64,000 nucleotides of DNA from Klebsiella phage KP2025: the sequence record PP919962.1. One strand, written 5' to 3'. The notes beneath the pieces are model-generated. The model was not told where the DNA came from, searched no databases, and worked only from the letters and a program-made list of their open reading frames with translations. Both the position numbers and the translations under genes were made by a program. Positions 1 through 9,909 of the stretch are shown in pieces (within the stretch, counting starts at the first letter, position 1; every line of letters starts with the position of its first letter).

Positions 1-148
1 GGCAATAATTTCCCCTGTTTCATGACTTTCACATACAATACAATGCATGTCAAAACTATCTTTTAGTCGATAAGGGCTTGACAGGTAATCCACACTCTCA
101 TCATTTAATAAGTTATTACTTTCAATGTCGAAAGTGAATGCTCCCATT
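1..148 (-). CDS. DNA polymerase N-terminal fragment (DnaQ-like 3'-5' exonuclease Exo I motif); gene runs off the window
   Basis: AAGGAGG 7 nt before ATG at 148; N-terminus MGAFTFDIESNNL resembles the FDIET Exo I motif; sits downstream of primase-helicase as in T7 (gp4 then gp5). Confidence 0.35.
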
Positions 149-159
149 TTTCCTCCTTA

Positions 160-477
160 TTATTTAAGAATAGCCATTAATTCTTGGAATTGATTATAAA
201 TTATTTCATCGCCTTCTTCATACGCCCCACGGGCTTCGTAATATCCTGAGTAATGACTTCCACGATCTTCATACTTTTTAAAATAATACCCCATACTTGC
301 GGTATAGCAAAGTTTAATATCTGAATCAAGACCTTTACTACCTAACCACTTAAGATAAGCCATTTGTACAATTTCAAATACTGTAAAATTTTTCTGCGTT
401 TGAGTTGAGAGTTCTTTCGGAGTTATTTCTACATCCATTTCTTCTACTGTAGTAACAGAACCTTTTAACTTTATCAT
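160..477 (-). CDS. hypothetical protein (105 aa) between primase-helicase and polymerase
   Basis: ORF with RBS (AGGAGAAAATTATG); no recognisable motif. Confidence 0.5.
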   Translation of the reverse strand: MIKLKGSVTTVEEMDVEITPKELSTQTQKNFTVFEIVQMAYLKWLGSKGLDSDIKLCYTASMGYYFKKYEDRGSHYSGYYEARGAYEEGDEIIYNQFQELMAILK

Positions 478-497
478 AATTTTCTCCTCTATGTCAA

Positions 498-512
498 GGG
501 GGCTTTCGCCCC
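498..512 (-). promoter_or_regulatory. GGGGCGAAAGCCCC hairpin (GAAA tetraloop) copy 1
   Basis: identical 14-nt hairpin also at 5447-5462 and 16185-16200, all between minus-strand genes. Confidence 0.5.
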
Positions 513-516
513 TGTC

Positions 517-2286
517 TTAGTAACTCCCTTCCGGGATATTGTTTGGATTACTTGTGTATTGCTCGTAGTCATACAGAGTAGCTGTTTTAATTTCATAGAA
601 GAAACTTCCAGCTTTACCAGTTTCAGAGAACTCACGATTCTTCAAGATATAACAGTATGTACGATTACGTTCCATAGGGTCTTCTGCTTGCTTATCACGT
701 TCCAGAGCAATAGTAATACCTGCACCTTTAGCAAGGAAGCTACTCCCCATTGCATCATCCTCAGTAATATGCTCATCACTATTATTCGAAGATTTCTTAA
801 CGTGGGAAATAACAATAATCGTAATACCATACTCTTTCATAATACGTTTTAACCAAGTAGCCAGCTCTTCCTGCTCTTGTACAGACATACCTGAAAGCAA
901 ATCAGAATAAGGGTCAATTACAAGAATTGTAACACCATAATGGATGATCATTTCCAGTACTTTTTCTTGGATGCTTTCAACATTAGCGCCACGGTCATCA
1001 CAAACATAGAAACGAGGACTACCGTCAGGACGTTCATAAAATCTAACAATCTTATCTTTATTTTCTTCGAGAATGCGTTGCTTTTCTTCCGCTGTTTTTC
1101 TATGTAAAGGAACATGCAAGTATGCAGAAAGAAGGTTTCTGGAATACTTTTTATACGTTGCTTCCAAAGATAATATGCCTAACGTATGTTCTGGATGCGC
1201 TGTGATTATATGTTTAGTGATCTCATTCACTAGGAGAGTTTTACCGATACTTGTCTTAGCTAAAATAACAGTAATCTCTTCCTCAACTAAACCGCCTCCA
1301 AGCATGTTAGCAGCCACGCGCATGAAGCTAGGTAGGGTGATAACCTTTGCTTCTAAACATTCCAGTGCAGCCTCATACAGGACGTTTGAGGCATATACCC
1401 CAGCCGGAGTGTACAGTTTAGCTCCCCAGAAAGCTTTAACAAAATCTTTTTCTCGACCTTCTTCAAGATATTTATTAGCATCCTTCAGTTCCATCTTCAT
1501 TAGATAAACTTTATTCCGAGGTAACACTTTTAAGATATTCTGAAATGCTTCCTCTCCTGCTTTATCATTATCCATGCAGATAATGATTTTCTTAAATTGG
1601 CTAAGAAAATGGTATTGGGCTTGAATCTGTTTATATGCACTAGTTTCACCAGTAGTACCACATACAACAGCAGGCACCTCATATTTTTTATCCATATTCT
1701 CGGAAAGCATTTGGTAAGCGGCTAGTACGTCATGTTCGCCGCCTGTAATAAGAATGGTATGATTCCTCTCCTTAAATTTTACTTGCCCAAACAACTCTAC
1801 GTCTTTTCCTACTTGTCCAATTGGCTTACTAAAATCTTTAGGATGAATACGTTTTTTAAAACCTACTAAACTTCCATCGATAGTTGTAGGATATAATACA
1901 GAAACAACATTTCTTTCATTATCGTATTCATAACGAACAGCATAAAACTTAGAGTATTCTGTTTTTATACCACGATAATTTCTGGAGTCAGTTCCTGTAC
2001 TCTCTACAATAAGTTTACGAATTTCAGGATTAAACTCTGATCCCACTATTTCCTCCTCTTCCTCAAGCTCTTCCCCGTTTTCTCTTAGCCACTCTACGCT
2101 AGGTATCGTGTAATGACAAGCAAAACACTTAGCTCCTCTGTGTTCCAGATTTTGGTCTAGACCATACACCATTAGGTTATTACGTGACCTGTCATTACCA
2201 TTACTTATGCATCGTGGGCAACCTGTATGACCTTCTCGGCTTAAATCTATTGTTATACCAAATCTTGTGATTAAGTTTTCAGACAC
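517..2286 (-). CDS. T7 gp4-like bifunctional primase-helicase
   Basis: N-terminal Cys4 zinc ribbon (CPRC...CFAC), TOPRIM-like segment, C-terminal DnaB-type helicase with Walker A AKTSIGKT and Walker B ILVIDPYSDL. Confidence 0.85.
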   Translation of the reverse strand: MSENLITRFGITIDLSREGHTGCPRCISNGNDRSRNNLMVYGLDQNLEHRGAKCFACHYTIPSVEWLRENGEELEEEEEIVGSEFNPEIRKLIVESTGTDSRNYRGIKTEYSKFYAVRYEYDNERNVVSVLYPTTIDGSLVGFKKRIHPKDFSKPIGQVGKDVELFGQVKFKERNHTILITGGEHDVLAAYQMLSENMDKKYEVPAVVCGTTGETSAYKQIQAQYHFLSQFKKIIICMDNDKAGEEAFQNILKVLPRNKVYLMKMELKDANKYLEEGREKDFVKAFWGAKLYTPAGVYASNVLYEAALECLEAKVITLPSFMRVAANMLGGGLVEEEITVILAKTSIGKTLLVNEITKHIITAHPEHTLGILSLEATYKKYSRNLLSAYLHVPLHRKTAEEKQRILEENKDKIVRFYERPDGSPRFYVCDDRGANVESIQEKVLEMIIHYGVTILVIDPYSDLLSGMSVQEQEELATWLKRIMKEYGITIIVISHVKKSSNNSDEHITEDDAMGSSFLAKGAGITIALERDKQAEDPMERNRTYCYILKNREFSETGKAGSFFYEIKTATLYDYEQYTSNPNNIPEGSY

Positions 2287-2298
2287 TTAAAATCTCCA

Positions 2299-2562
2299 TT
2301 AAAAGGATGCATTGTGCTCCATTACAAATTCAATTTCTTTTTCTTCTAGATACTTTTTAAATTGATATTCAATTTCTTTAATTGGAAGATCAATATTAAA
2401 AACCTCTTTCTGTTCATGGAAAGCTCTTACAGCATCAATATATAAACCACCAGAGTAGTCCCAATCATTGTCTGCATATGGGTCTGGTTCTGTATAATAA
2501 AAATCTACTTCAATTGTAAGAGACATTCCGTCCATGTTATATAAAAAATCAAACGTATTCAT
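2299..2562 (-). CDS. hypothetical protein (87 aa)
   Basis: ORF in tight minus-strand operon spacing. Confidence 0.5.
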   Translation of the reverse strand: MNTFDFLYNMDGMSLTIEVDFYYTEPDPYADNDWDYSGGLYIDAVRAFHEQKEVFNIDLPIKEIEYQFKKYLEEKEIEFVMEHNASF

Positions 2563-2573
2563 ATTGCTCCTAA

Positions 2574-3536
2574 TTATAAACTTTCAACCACTTGGCGACG
2601 TAATTCATTAGCATCTTCTAATGCATAATGTAAACGAACATGTTCTGCTAGAGCCTCACCTTTATCTTTTCTATAGTTTGGATTTTTTAGTAATTTGTCA
2701 ACCTCTTGCTTCCATTCAAAAGTATTTTCAGCGTAAATTACTACTTTTTCATCTACAGGATTGTAGTAGGGTAGCACTTTAGAGCAAACAATAGGCAGAC
2801 CTTTAGCGCCAGCCTCTAAGATTTTAAGATTACTTTTACAAGCATTGAACTCATTCTCTACCAAAGGCGCGATTGCTATTTGATGACCATTATACACATT
2901 CATATACGTATTTAAATCTTTAACGGCTTTTACGTAATTGCTTGCTGGAAATTTAGTCATTACTTTAGCCCATTCAGAGTGTACTAAACATTCAATTGAT
3001 CCGGGCTTTGCGGTTGGATAAATATCATACCCGGCAATAGTGAATAGCCCTGCTGGAAAAGAATTTAAAACTAAACTCAAATCCCGTTCATGACTAGCAC
3101 CTCCCGCCCAAACGACAGGTGTGCTTGATGTAGTGTCTTCACTTAAAGTGAATTGCAGTTGATCAAAAGGCAATGCATTTTTAATCACCACAATATTTCT
3201 ATTTAAATGACGAAGTTTGTATGCTAAGTATTCTGTTGTAACAGTAACAACATCTGCCAACTTAACCATCTCTTCAATTACTTTAGCATGTTCTGTAAAA
3301 TGCTTGGCTAAATAGTGTTCTTTATTTAACTCATAATAGTCATCCAAATCCACAATTATTTTATAGCCCTTTAACTTAGCTATTTTTACTTCCTCGGCAC
3401 CAAGAGAAAAAACTCTATTAAAAACCAGTACATTTTCTTTTGGTTTAAAATTGCTATTAGCATAGGGCAGAACTATTCTATGATAATCGCAACCACTACC
3501 AAATTTGTTATCAAAATACAACTGTGGTTCTTGCAC
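2574..3536 (-). CDS. putative GT-B fold glycosyltransferase (GT1/GT4-like)
   Basis: C-terminal motif KILEAGAKGLPIVCSKV matches the E-x7-G-x-P-V-V nucleotide-sugar binding motif of GT4 enzymes. Confidence 0.5.
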   Translation of the reverse strand: MQEPQLYFDNKFGSGCDYHRIVLPYANSNFKPKENVLVFNRVFSLGAEEVKIAKLKGYKIIVDLDDYYELNKEHYLAKHFTEHAKVIEEMVKLADVVTVTTEYLAYKLRHLNRNIVVIKNALPFDQLQFTLSEDTTSSTPVVWAGGASHERDLSLVLNSFPAGLFTIAGYDIYPTAKPGSIECLVHSEWAKVMTKFPASNYVKAVKDLNTYMNVYNGHQIAIAPLVENEFNACKSNLKILEAGAKGLPIVCSKVLPYYNPVDEKVVIYAENTFEWKQEVDKLLKNPNYRKDKGEALAEHVRLHYALEDANELRRQVVESL

Positions 3537-3546
3537 AAAGTCCTCC

Positions 3547-4116
3547 TTAATATTTGATTACTTTTTCCATATCTTGGCAATGTATTAGATGTGAAATTGA
3601 CATTTGAGGATTTTGTGATCCTAGGCGATAGGTATGAAAAAGATACATCCCTCGCATGATACCTAAACGTTTCCCCTCTGAATGTAATTTATTTGAGAAT
3701 ATTAGATCGAACTGAATAGACCTTTCTTCGAAAGGTATTTCTTGCCAGAGTGATTTTCTGAATAAAAGGAAGAAACCTGCTAGCGGTACACCATAAGGAA
3801 CTTCTTCTATATCACCACCAAATACCAAACGAGCTACTCTGGCCTTTTGGATATGATTCTCTATGTTTGGGTCTTCGCTACGCTCTCCATCGAATAATTG
3901 GTATGTTGATCCTAGCCTATTACATGATGCCCCAATTACATCATACTGTGGATTAGAACGAACTAATGTTTCAATCCACATTGGTTGTTCAGGTAATAGG
4001 AACATCGTATCGATATCCCTTAAACAAATCCAACTATCTTCTGGTAACACCCGTATAGTATCATTGATACCTTTACCAATGTCTCCAGTGAGATAGGGAG
4101 TGATGTGATAAATCAT
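3547..4116 (-). CDS. hypothetical protein (189 aa)
   Basis: ORF; no confident motif. Confidence 0.5.
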   Translation of the reverse strand: MIYHITPYLTGDIGKGINDTIRVLPEDSWICLRDIDTMFLLPEQPMWIETLVRSNPQYDVIGASCNRLGSTYQLFDGERSEDPNIENHIQKARVARLVFGGDIEEVPYGVPLAGFFLLFRKSLWQEIPFEERSIQFDLIFSNKLHSEGKRLGIMRGMYLFHTYRLGSQNPQMSISHLIHCQDMEKVIKY

Positions 4117-4179
4117 TCTCCCTCTCCTGTATTGTTAATGTATCACCAATCAGAGCGAATGTCCAATCGGTATTGCCTA

Positions 4180-4377
4180 TCAATCTTTAGGTTTAATGAT
4201 TCCACGATTCTGTAGTTCTAACTGAATTGCAATACTACGATCACGTGCTGCCATATATTCTGTGAATGTATCTCGGAGATGATCCCCAGCTACATCACGT
4301 AACTTTAGCAACTTTTCATCTGTTACCGCAGTAAGGTCAACAAAGTGTTCTACATCATACGTCCCATTTGTTTTCAT
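4180..4377 (-). CDS. hypothetical protein (65 aa)
   Basis: ORF in operon context. Confidence 0.4.
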   Translation of the reverse strand: MKTNGTYDVEHFVDLTAVTDEKLLKLRDVAGDHLRDTFTEYMAARDRSIAIQLELQNRGIIKPKD

Positions 4378-4579
4378 CTACAATCCCCTTAATCTCTACT
4401 GAACATTCTTTACAAATACATTGCCCTTTACTTTTATTTAACTCAATAAAAGGCTCATTATCTTCCCTTCTAGAATCATATAATACAGAATTGAAACAGA
4501 TAATGCAAATGTGTTTAGTTAGAACATATTTTTGAACTTTTTCTTTCTTTTTGAAATTTACTTCAATAATATCGCCCAT
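4355..4579 (-). CDS. hypothetical zinc-ribbon protein (74 aa)
   Basis: CIIC...CICKEC cysteine pairs. Confidence 0.4.
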   Translation of the reverse strand: MGDIIEVNFKKKEKVQKYVLTKHICIICFNSVLYDSRREDNEPFIELNKSKGQCICKECSVEIKGIVDENKWDV

Positions 4580-4860
4580 TAATGTAATGCTCCTAAAATA
4601 TTATCCTGAGCTACAACACAAGAGAATTCCACCAGGTCATGAGTTCTACTGAATCTTTCCCAAACCTCAGTTTTAACTTGTAAGGTAAGACAAGGATAAA
4701 TACTATCACTCATTACAACAATTGAAAAACAATCCGCAGATTCCTCATCTGTGATGAATAAGGTTGCAAACTTTTCCAAATGTTTTCTTACATTGTGTAA
4801 ATCCTCTTCTGTTAGACCAATCATCAGATAACTGGCAACAACAATTGCATCATCTTCCAT
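4579..4860 (-). CDS. hypothetical protein (93 aa)
   Basis: ORF, RBS GGAGG upstream. Confidence 0.45.
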   Translation of the reverse strand: MEDDAIVVASYLMIGLTEEDLHNVRKHLEKFATLFITDEESADCFSIVVMSDSIYPCLTLQVKTEVWERFSRTHDLVEFSCVVAQDNILGALH

Positions 4861-4868
4861 ATAACCTC

Positions 4869-5384
4869 CTACCGGTAAAATTGATGTTCTTTATATCTGT
4901 ACACTAAAGTCATATCTTTTTCCCAATGGACACGAATACTTTTTTTCTTAAAGTATTTTGCTCCTTTAGTAAAGTCCGTAGCATCTCTAGCTTCAGGGAA
5001 ATTACGATTTAAGTAAAGTAAACGGTCTGCAATATGTTTTGCTTCTTGCCATTTATCTTTTTCTACTACATTGAAAGCCCCTTTGTTGGTATAAGAAAAC
5101 TGTCCGGGTTGGAACAGAACATCTTTTACAGTTTTAGGGAATTGTGGGTCATTAACGCGATTCAAGACCACATTGCCAACCGCCGCCATTCCTTTTTTAC
5201 CTTGGCCTCGGCTTTCGGCATACATCGCACAAGCTAAAAGATTTTCTTTCGTATCTCGCTTTGTACATTTGTGAACTACTTTAGCGGTCTTTACGTTTGC
5301 AGCTTCGGCAATGCCGATTACAGGTGTAAATGTAAAAGCAGTTAATGATAGTAACGCAATTGTTACAAAGTTTCGTATTAGCAA
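4869..5384 (-). CDS. secreted SleB/CwlJ-family cell-wall hydrolase
   Basis: N-terminal signal peptide; CAMYAESRGQG...AVGNVVLNRV matches the hydrolase_2 (SleB) signature; own promoter TTGCAA-17-TAGAAT upstream. Confidence 0.65.
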   Translation of the reverse strand: MLIRNFVTIALLSLTAFTFTPVIGIAEAANVKTAKVVHKCTKRDTKENLLACAMYAESRGQGKKGMAAVGNVVLNRVNDPQFPKTVKDVLFQPGQFSYTNKGAFNVVEKDKWQEAKHIADRLLYLNRNFPEARDATDFTKGAKYFKKKSIRVHWEKDMTLVYRYKEHQFYR

Positions 5385-5446
5385 ATTTGCCTCCTTTTTA
5401 TTTTACGAACTATTATTCTAACATAAGAAGGACTTTTTTGCAAGAA

Positions 5447-5462
5447 AAGGGGCTTTCGCCCC
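5447..5462 (-). terminator. GGGGCGAAAGCCCC hairpin copy 2, followed by TTTTCTTGC on minus strand (terminator-like)
   Basis: downstream of 5470..6096 and just upstream of the TTGCAA-17-TAGAAT promoter. Confidence 0.45.
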
Positions 5463-5469
5463 TCTGATA

Positions 5470-6096
5470 CTACAGTGTGAAAGTGGTAGTGAAGTCCACT
5501 TTAGTTCCGTCTTCGTTGACGGTAAGTTTGAGATTATCGCTCTGAACACTTTCCAAACTTTCCAGTTTAACAGTCACACGCTCGTAAGCTGGCTGACCGT
5601 CTTTTAGGAAGGTACGCTCGGTGATCACTACACGACTTGCCACATTGAACGTAGCTTTACCATCGTGCTCAAGATGATAAGTGCTACCATCTTTATAATT
5701 AATAACAACTACTCCGCCGCTAATAACTAGATCTCCACTTAGGGTATCACTTGCCGGTAAAACGGAAGAAACATTTTGTGCTTCTTTTTGAGCTGAAACA
5801 ACAATCTCCTCAAGCTCTTTTACTGTCAGCGCTTCATCATCACCCCAACTACCGTCACTGAGGAAGGTATTACCATTAAGAATACCAAAATATCCCCAGC
5901 CATTGAGACTGTAAGCATCGTTTGCTGTGTTGGTCATCCAAGTATCGTGAAATGCTTCGTCGATACAGTAGTGGATGCCAAGATCCCGTACTACTTTAAA
6001 TAGGTCAATGACTTTTCGGCTATTGGCTTCGTTAAAATCTACATCAATTGCAAAATTGCTGTTGAACAAATCTTTTAGTTTAGAAATTGCGCTCAT
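5470..6096 (-). CDS. hypothetical protein (208 aa)
   Basis: ORF with 5' leader hairpin GGAGGGTGAAAACCCTCC and RBS. Confidence 0.5.
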   Translation of the reverse strand: MSAISKLKDLFNSNFAIDVDFNEANSRKVIDLFKVVRDLGIHYCIDEAFHDTWMTNTANDAYSLNGWGYFGILNGNTFLSDGSWGDDEALTVKELEEIVVSAQKEAQNVSSVLPASDTLSGDLVISGGVVVINYKDGSTYHLEHDGKATFNVASRVVITERTFLKDGQPAYERVTVKLESLESVQSDNLKLTVNEDGTKVDFTTTFTL

Positions 6097-6155
6097 TTTA
6101 TTCTCCTTTTATTTATTAAAAATGGAGGGTTTTCACCCTCCGATGTAGGTAGTGA

Positions 6156-6758
6156 TTACGGGCATTCGTACCAAGTTTTATCACCGCCGAATGCTACCAC
6201 CACATCACAGATATCCATACCTGCTTTACCAACACCGTAGGCTTTCAGTTTCCATTCGCTGTCTTCACGAACGAGTGAAGCTACGTGGCAGATGGTGTTA
6301 CCAGCAACTTCCGGTGCGAGGAAGTCGAAGTCTAGGATCTCAACATTACGTTCTGCGTCGAAGATTTTCAGCATACCTTCGGAAGCATGACCGAGGCGCT
6401 TCTGACCAGTTTCATCGTCGATGGTGATGACGAATGCGATTTCATCTGCGTTCTGGGAGATTTTATCCAGAGTCACATCGATCTGCTCCAGGTTGCCAGT
6501 ACCATCACGAACATCTTCGCCAGCGAAGGTTGAACGCTCTGGGTCAACTTTGTTGCCGTAGCAAACCAGGTGACGGGCAGACAGCATTTCTGGATTACCG
6601 GAGGCGTTATGACGGCAGATTAGCGCGCTAACATCCAGATCGAGCTTTGAGCTTGATTTCCAGGAGAATTCCAGACGAATCTCTTTCAGCAGGGGTGCGA
6701 TCTTTTTCAGGGAAATCTTTTCGGTGGAACCTTTTTTCAGGGAAATTTTCTCAGACAT
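6156..6758 (-). CDS. terD: TerD-domain protein
   Basis: MSEKISLKKG...ISLKK N-terminus, LDLDVSALI core and Ca-binding-like DG-TGN / DDETG motifs typical of the TerD family. Confidence 0.6.
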   Translation of the reverse strand: MSEKISLKKGSTEKISLKKIAPLLKEIRLEFSWKSSSKLDLDVSALICRHNASGNPEMLSARHLVCYGNKVDPERSTFAGEDVRDGTGNLEQIDVTLDKISQNADEIAFVITIDDETGQKRLGHASEGMLKIFDAERNVEILDFDFLAPEVAGNTICHVASLVREDSEWKLKAYGVGKAGMDICDVVVAFGGDKTWYECP

Positions 6759-6817
6759 GTATATTCTCCTTTATTTTTGTTTACTGGGGAGAGCCATCTC
6801 TCCCCTTTGTGAAACTT

Positions 6818-6845
6818 ATTCTACTCTTTTCTTTCTAAGTGTCAA
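6818..6845 (-). promoter_or_regulatory. sigma70-like promoter for terD (TTGACA-16-TAGAAT) followed by leader hairpin GGGGAGAG-CCAT-CTCTCCCC (6786-6805)
   Basis: same promoter / hairpin / RBS architecture as plus-strand early cassettes. Confidence 0.45.
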
Positions 6846-6853
6846 GAAATATT

Positions 6854-7648
6854 TTAGCTTTTTGCACCAACTTTCTCAACCCACTGACCAAATTCGTCAG
6901 ACAGAAGCTTATCATACAGTTCTTCATCTGACAGGTCAAGGTCATCTACACCAATAAAATCGACGTTATCGTAATCACGGGCGAGTTCTTTCAGGAAGCT
7001 GAAGCTTTCCTGTCCTACGCCCACCATAAACCAATAAATAGGTTTACCACGATTACGAGAAAGCAAGCTACGTACAGCCTCTTTATCCGAGTTATCACCG
7101 TCTGTCTGGAAGAATACCATAGCAGGTGTTGTATCGACTGGTACAGAAGTATCTGGTACTTGTTCAGTGATAGTTTTCTTCACAGTTACAGTTTCGGTTT
7201 TGCCTGTCAGCTTAGCAAAGAAACCACTCACAGGACGTTTTTCTTGTACTTCGATTTCACGAGTAACAGTTTTCATTGGAACATTACCAAAGTACTCATC
7301 GTAAATCTCTTGCATTACCGGAGCATAGGCTGTACCGCCTGAGATTGAAATACCACGCATACACTTGCCTACATAATCATCATAGACAGACGCTGTTGCA
7401 GGAGGCAGCTCACGACAGCCGTGGTCAAACGCCCACATATCAATCTGAGCATTATCGTCAAATTGCATACCGAACGGTAAAAGTTTACCTACAAAATCAC
7501 TTACAGTGCCATTACGATACAGGCTACCCATACTACCGGAGATATCCAGCGCAGATGCTACACGCAGGGTGATCTGTGCAATCTTTTTCTTTTTGAGGCT
7601 GATTACCAGTTTCTCTTGGCGTTTAACCAGACTAATTTTTTCGCTCAT
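6854..7648 (-). CDS. vWA-domain protein with TerD-like N-terminal leader (TerY/TerF-like)
   Basis: MIDAS motif D-I-S-G-S-M; N-terminus paralogous to the adjacent TerD gene (MSEKISL...). Confidence 0.6.
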   Translation of the reverse strand: MSEKISLVKRQEKLVISLKKKKIAQITLRVASALDISGSMGSLYRNGTVSDFVGKLLPFGMQFDDNAQIDMWAFDHGCRELPPATASVYDDYVGKCMRGISISGGTAYAPVMQEIYDEYFGNVPMKTVTREIEVQEKRPVSGFFAKLTGKTETVTVKKTITEQVPDTSVPVDTTPAMVFFQTDGDNSDKEAVRSLLSRNRGKPIYWFMVGVGQESFSFLKELARDYDNVDFIGVDDLDLSDEELYDKLLSDEFGQWVEKVGAKS

Positions 7649-7798
7649 TCTTTATCTCCTTTTTCAACTTCTTTTAAGTCATCTGCACGGCGTGAATCAC
7701 GCCATGCAAACCATGTGTGAAACTTAAGTTCTTCTTTTTCTTCCTTTGTAAAGTAAGGTTTACTTTCATAAAAGCGTTCAAACCAAGTCAAAAATTCT

Positions 7799-8212
7799 TC
7801 ACTCATTATTGCCCTCCATTAAGTTTTTAAGTGCAATAGTTGTTTCACACTCATCACCATATTCATTGTGATGTTCAAGATATGCCTCCGCAGAGGCCCA
7901 ATCATTATCTTGCGTATTCCAACCGTCTATGAAAGCGTCTTCGATGATAGTCTTTAACTCAAGGCGTGTCAAGACAATTTTATCATGCATATTCTCGGAC
8001 TTTTCAGTCAAAATATCCTCCTCTAGGAGGATTTCTAGACCCGCTAACTGCTTTTCACTAATAGGATCATAAGAATATGAATATCTCAAATCTGTAACCA
8101 TCGAGATAAAACCTCTATCTAATTCAGATAGTGATAACATAGGTGCTACACGTAGTTCCTCATCATATCTAACTAAAATTGCGTCTTTGCCTTTGTATAC
8201 ACGAATAAGCAT
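7799..8212 (-). CDS. hypothetical protein (137 aa)
   Basis: ORF. Confidence 0.5.
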   Translation of the reverse strand: MLIRVYKGKDAILVRYDEELRVAPMLSLSELDRGFISMVTDLRYSYSYDPISEKQLAGLEILLEEDILTEKSENMHDKIVLTRLELKTIIEDAFIDGWNTQDNDWASAEAYLEHHNEYGDECETTIALKNLMEGNNE

Positions 8213-8221
8213 AATTTCTCC

Positions 8222-9319
8222 TTAGACTAAACCAGCTTTGACTTTCTGTACCATCCCATCCTCCAGGGATTGTACTTCATTGATGTAGTCAATACGGGCA
8301 GCACGCGCTTCAGTATTGATTCGGTTTGTTTCTTCCAGCATACGTACCAAGTTTTCCTGATCTTTACGCAGGGTTTCAATATCTAGGATCTGACGGTTAG
8401 ACAGAGCTGTAGCATTGATAATGTTTTGTGCAGCCAAATCACTTCCCATTTGAATTGCAGTATTGAATTCATCCAATACATTAGCTTGAGTTTGACCAGC
8501 TTCTGCTTGACGCAAACTCTCAATATACATTGAGAAGTTGGCAGAGTACGCTGGAATAACATTGTTCACGATGTTACGTGCAGAGCGCATAAGCATTTCG
8601 CTTACTTTGATCATACTATTAACACGTGGCCCCATTTGGACACAAAGAAGACGCAGTGCTTTTAAGTCAGCAATACGGATCTCCAGAATGTCTAAAGTAT
8701 CACGCACAGCCTGACGTTCTTCAACCTGATCCTCTGGTAATGTATTGAAACGTGCTTCTTCTTTCTCATAAGTATCTGTCAAAAGTTCTACATCTCGATT
8801 TAAACTTAATGCATATTGTCCAATAGCCATTTTAAGTTTTTCGAGATAAACAAGAGAATCTTCTTCTTTTCTAACATCGCCTTCAAGTTCTTTGACAAGA
8901 ACATCAATACGATTATTAATAGTATCGTACTCTGCAAACAGGTCTTCTTTCATACCCATCAACTTTTTGATGAATTTGCCAACACCTTTCGATTGTTTAA
9001 TCGAGCTGGGGTCTAATTGTTTTGCTTGTTTAATAAGAGCGGTGAGACGTTCATTCATTTCTCCGCCCTGATTACCACGTTGATGTTTCAACACTTCATT
9101 GTTTAAACTACGTAGAGTTAATCCGGCCTCTGCACCCACATTATCAATTTCTTTACGAGTCATTGCCGGAAGTTCTGGAACAGGTTTTACTACAGCAGGC
9201 GCATACACAGGGCTAGAATCAAAGACAGTTGGGGCTAATGCCGACCGTGTATCTTCTTTTGCAGCCAATGCACTCTTGCTTGGAGTTGTTTTAACAGCAG
9301 TTAAAAATGGACTAGACAT
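8222..9319 (-). CDS. TelA/KlaA-like (toxic anion resistance family) protein
   Basis: About 365 aa, helical and coiled-coil rich, size and composition like TelA; sits inside the TerC/TerD/vWA neighbourhood; assignment by context and weak similarity only. Confidence 0.4.
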   Translation of the reverse strand: MSSPFLTAVKTTPSKSALAAKEDTRSALAPTVFDSSPVYAPAVVKPVPELPAMTRKEIDNVGAEAGLTLRSLNNEVLKHQRGNQGGEMNERLTALIKQAKQLDPSSIKQSKGVGKFIKKLMGMKEDLFAEYDTINNRIDVLVKELEGDVRKEEDSLVYLEKLKMAIGQYALSLNRDVELLTDTYEKEEARFNTLPEDQVEERQAVRDTLDILEIRIADLKALRLLCVQMGPRVNSMIKVSEMLMRSARNIVNNVIPAYSANFSMYIESLRQAEAGQTQANVLDEFNTAIQMGSDLAAQNIINATALSNRQILDIETLRKDQENLVRMLEETNRINTEARAARIDYINEVQSLEDGMVQKVKAGLV

Positions 9320-9328
9320 GTTGCCTCC

Positions 9329-9907
9329 TTATTTTCTGTCTTCATAGTATGGAGAAATCCCCATAGCTTCACACTTCTTAAGCCATTCTTCCCAAGACAA
9401 TAACCAAATTTTATCAATGGTTCCTTCCTTATCTTTACTAAGGTAGGTTCCCCACATTATACTATTAGGTTTTTGCCTAGAAGGACGGCGATTATACCCT
9501 CTGATAAATCTTAATTCGTTATCTGATATGAGAGCCATTACCCAAGGGTATTCTGTTTTAACAGAACGCTTTGATACAGCTTTAGGAATAGCCCCTATTT
9601 CCTGCGCTATTGCTTTCCATGCAGCACCATGATCAGACCTACCTCTTTTACAAAAATCTATTGCATGGGCTATCTCATGTAGCATAGTATCAACAATGTT
9701 ATGCTCTTCCGAGTTTTTATGCAGATGCCAATTGATAATAACTAACTTACTTCTATTATCTGCCCAACCAAAGGATTTATTTCTTTTTTCTCTAACGCCT
9801 GCCCGCCATCCGTTGGCCTTTAGCAGGGCATCGTATTCAGGAAAGTCTTCTTTAAATTTACATAATGTAGTTTTCCATAAATTTAGAATATCCCTTGTAC
9901 TATACAT
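9329..9907 (-). CDS. SprT-like zinc metallopeptidase domain protein
   Basis: HEIAHAID (HExxH) motif in a SprT-like arrangement. Confidence 0.45.
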   Translation of the reverse strand: MYSTRDILNLWKTTLCKFKEDFPEYDALLKANGWRAGVREKRNKSFGWADNRSKLVIINWHLHKNSEEHNIVDTMLHEIAHAIDFCKRGRSDHGAAWKAIAQEIGAIPKAVSKRSVKTEYPWVMALISDNELRFIRGYNRRPSRQKPNSIMWGTYLSKDKEGTIDKIWLLSWEEWLKKCEAMGISPYYEDRK

Positions 9908-9909
9908 CT

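Noticed and set aside
559-1507. Plus-strand ORFs (559..852, 1073..1507) and minus-strand 642..830 inside the primase-helicase gene
   Set aside because: They are embedded or antisense within a well-supported 589-aa helicase gene, with low-complexity translations. The same reasoning rejects other antisense ORFs inside long genes (e.g. 16316..16783, 16949..17401, 21155..21340, 22590..22838, 57672..58344).
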